Below are positions 61,890 to 64,000 of a DNA stretch of 64,000 bases, in pieces. This DNA is from Myxococcota bacterium (GTDB lineage: Bacteria; Myxococcota_A; UBA9160; UBA4427). The DNA is taken from the NCBI GenBank assembly GCA_965250285.1, contig OZ252299.1:5696001-5760000 (forward strand), given 5' to 3'. Numbering within the stretch: the stretch's first letter is position 1; each line of letters starts with the position of its first letter. A program made the translations under genes and the position numbers. Under the pieces are notes generated by a model. It saw only the letters and a list, made by a program, of their open reading frames with translations. It searched no databases and had not been told where the DNA came from.

Positions 61890-63214
61890 GTGACGATCTC
61901 GGGCCAGACGAAGAGCAGCACGAGGCCGACGCCTTGCATCGCCACGAAGGGCGCGACGCCGCGGTAGAGCACCCCCACGCCGACCTCGGGCGGCGCGACC
62001 CCCTTCATGTAGAAGAGCGCGAAACCGACCGGCGGCGTGAGGAACGACGTCTGAAGGCAGACGGCGAAGAGGACGGTGAACCATACGAGGTCGAAGCCGA
62101 GCGCTTCGACCGTGGGGGCGACGAGCGGGAGTACGATCAGCGTGATCTCGATCCAGTCGAGGAAGAACCCGAGCAGGAACGTCGCGAAGAGGATGGCGGC
62201 GATCACGCCGAGCGGCGGGAAGGGCAGGCTCGCCAGCGCCCGCGAGATCAGCTCGTCGCCGCCCAGGCCGCGCAGCACCAGCGAGAACGCGGTCGCCCCG
62301 AGCAGGATCCCGAAGAGGTAGCCGGTCGTGCGGGTCGTCTCGCCGAGCACCTGACCGAGTTTGCCCTCGCCGAGGCGCCTCTTGGCGAGGGCGAGCAGCA
62401 GGGCACCTGCTGCACCGACGCCGGCCGCTTCGGTCGGCGTGGCGATCCCGAAGAAGATCGTGCCGAGCACCGAGAGGATCAGGCCGGCGGCCGGGATCAC
62501 CGATCGCGCGACGTCGCGCACGACGGTGATGTCGACCGGCGGCGCATCTTCGGGCACGGGTGCCGCGTCGGGGCGCGCCGTCGCGAAGGCGAGGATGAAC
62601 GCGACATAGAGCGAGCCGAGCAGCAGGCCGGGCAAGAGCGCGCCGAGGAAGAGATCGCCCACCGAGATCGCGAGGCGGTCGGCCATCATCACGAGCATGA
62701 TCGAGGGGGGGATCAGGATGCCGAGTGTGCCGACGGCGCAGACCGTGCCCGCGGCGAGCTCGGGCCGGTAGCCGCGTTCGAGCATCGGCGGCAGACCGAG
62801 CAGCGCGAGCAGCACGACCGAAGCGCCGACGATGCCGGTCGCGGCGGCGAGCATCATGCCGATCACGGCCACGGTGACCGCGAGGCCGCCGCGGACCCGG
62901 CCGAAGAGCCGCGCGAAGTCGTGCATCAGGTCGCCCGCCACACCCGAGCGATCGAGCAGCAGCCCCATGAAGACGAACATCGGCAGCGCGACGAGCACCC
63001 AGTTGTTCATGAGGTCGAACGACCGGTCGACGACCAGCGATGCATACGCCCAGTCGACCCCGGTATGCAGGCCCAGATCGACCTCGGCGATGATGCCGAA
63101 CGCCGTGAAGACGACGGCGAGGCCGCCGAGCACCCACGCCACCGGAAACCCGGTGAAGATCAGGGCCATGAACGAGACGAACATGGCGATGGCGAGCGCT
63201 TCACGCGCCTCCAC
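61859..63214 (-). CDS. TRAP transporter large permease (DctM family)
   Basis: GFPVAW, ALPMFVFMG, GTLGILIPPSI, ATPTEAAG, QTSFLTPPVGFALFY. Confidence 0.95.
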   Translation of the reverse strand: MEAREALAIAMFVSFMALIFTGFPVAWVLGGLAVVFTAFGIIAEVDLGLHTGVDWAYASLVVDRSFDLMNNWVLVALPMFVFMGLLLDRSGVAGDLMHDFARLFGRVRGGLAVTVAVIGMMLAAATGIVGASVVLLALLGLPPMLERGYRPELAAGTVCAVGTLGILIPPSIMLVMMADRLAISVGDLFLGALLPGLLLGSLYVAFILAFATARPDAAPVPEDAPPVDITVVRDVARSVIPAAGLILSVLGTIFFGIATPTEAAGVGAAGALLLALAKRRLGEGKLGQVLGETTRTTGYLFGILLGATAFSLVLRGLGGDELISRALASLPFPPLGVIAAILFATFLLGFFLDWIEITLIVLPLVAPTVEALGFDLVWFTVLFAVCLQTSFLTPPVGFALFYMKGVAPPEVGVGVLYRGVAPFVAMQGVGLVLLFVWPEIVTWLPSVAYAQ

Positions 63215-63824
63215 GCGGAGCCTCGGGCGGCTGGGGCGGCGGCGTGCCGAAGAGGAGCGAGCCCACCCGCGTGAGTCGCGAGAGGGCCGATAGCCCGAGC
63301 AGGGCGAAGCCGGTCGGCAAGGCGGCCTTGATGAGCCAGCGAAGCGGCAGGCCGCCGGGCGAGGGTGAGATCTCGCTCTGGGCGAACGATTCGGCGACGA
63401 ACGGCAACGACGTCACGAGCACGAGCGCCACGAAGGGAAACAGCAGCAGCAGCAGGCCGTAGAGCTCGATCCAGGCGCGAGTCTCGAGCGAGAAGTGATC
63501 GCGCAGCACGTCGACGCGGATATGGGCATCGGCCTGATCCGCGACCGAGAGTCCGACGAGGAAGCCGACGGCGTAGAGATGCCACTGCAGCTCTTCGAAC
63601 TCGATGCGTCCCGAGCCGAGGACGTATCGCATCGCCACGTTCAGCACGATCACGCCGAGCAGCACGAGCCAGAGCCACGAGGCGGCGCGGCCGATCTTTG
63701 CGAGCTGTGCGTCGACGGCGCGAGAGAACCGGGTCGTCGGAAACGCGTCGGGCGGGTGCTCCATCGCCGCCACGACGTCGTCGTTCATCTCGGGTGCTGC
63801 GGAGCCGTCGCTCGCGTCGCTCAT
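63201..63824 (-). CDS. TRAP transporter small permease (DctQ family)
   Basis: NVAMRY, ELQWHLY, HIRVD, SPSPGGLP. Confidence 0.93.
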   Translation of the reverse strand: MSDASDGSAAPEMNDDVVAAMEHPPDAFPTTRFSRAVDAQLAKIGRAASWLWLVLLGVIVLNVAMRYVLGSGRIEFEELQWHLYAVGFLVGLSVADQADAHIRVDVLRDHFSLETRAWIELYGLLLLLFPFVALVLVTSLPFVAESFAQSEISPSPGGLPLRWLIKAALPTGFALLGLSALSRLTRVGSLLFGTPPPQPPEAPRGGA

Positions 63825-64000
63825 CGCGGCCCCGTCGCATCGTCGGCGCTTCGCTCGGCTCCGCCGGGGCGGGGTGAACCGCTGGAGCGTGGTGGATAAG
63901 CGAGCGCGCGCCAGCGATCGTGGTCGACCGCGAACGCGCGCTGCGAGGCGAGCACGCGCGCGAAGTCGGCGTCGGCCGCGGCCTCCTCTTCGAGCACCTC
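63821..64000 (-). CDS. TRAP substrate-binding protein (DctP family), 3' end only
   Basis: Manual translation EVLEEEAAADADFARVLASQRAF...GPR*. ATGA overlap with the small permease. Confidence 0.75.
   Translation of the reverse strand, partial: EVLEEEAAADADFARVLASQRAFAVDHDRWRALAYPPRSSGSPRPGGAERSADDATGPR

Overview
GC-rich (roughly 70% by eye), gene-dense bacterial chromosome segment. PEP-CTERM proteins, PilZ and LPP20-type proteins and F420-type LLM and steroid-type oxidoreductases suggest a Gram-negative Myxococcota-like lineage (inference only). Most of the roughly 50 CDSs are housekeeping or metabolic: ahcY (partial), SDRs, crotonase, hslO, a YhaO/YhaN (SbcCD-like) pair, thyA-folA, two CPA antiporters, TraB, msrPQ, arfB, gcvP, MoxR-VWA, a GGDEF protein, a fused IOR and a TRAP transporter. 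I saw no rRNA, tRNA, integrase, transposase or CRISPR array. The best leads are: (1) a ZorA/ZorB-like rotary-motor pair with no Zorya effector genes, a long disordered ZorA tail, an upstream palindrome and a convergent AT-hook/RHH gene; (2) a probable AhpD-like selenoprotein hidden as two ORFs (C-F-Y-UGA-T-S-S-H plus a SECIS-like hairpin); (3) two apparently inactivated PD-(D/E)xK nuclease-fold proteins, one fused to a UvrD-type Tudor domain upstream of MoxR-VWA; (4) an LPP20/FlgO-like envelope cluster beside a double-PilZ protein; (5) repeated degenerate duplications of gene 3' ends just past stop codons. All family calls come from motif recognition, not database searches.
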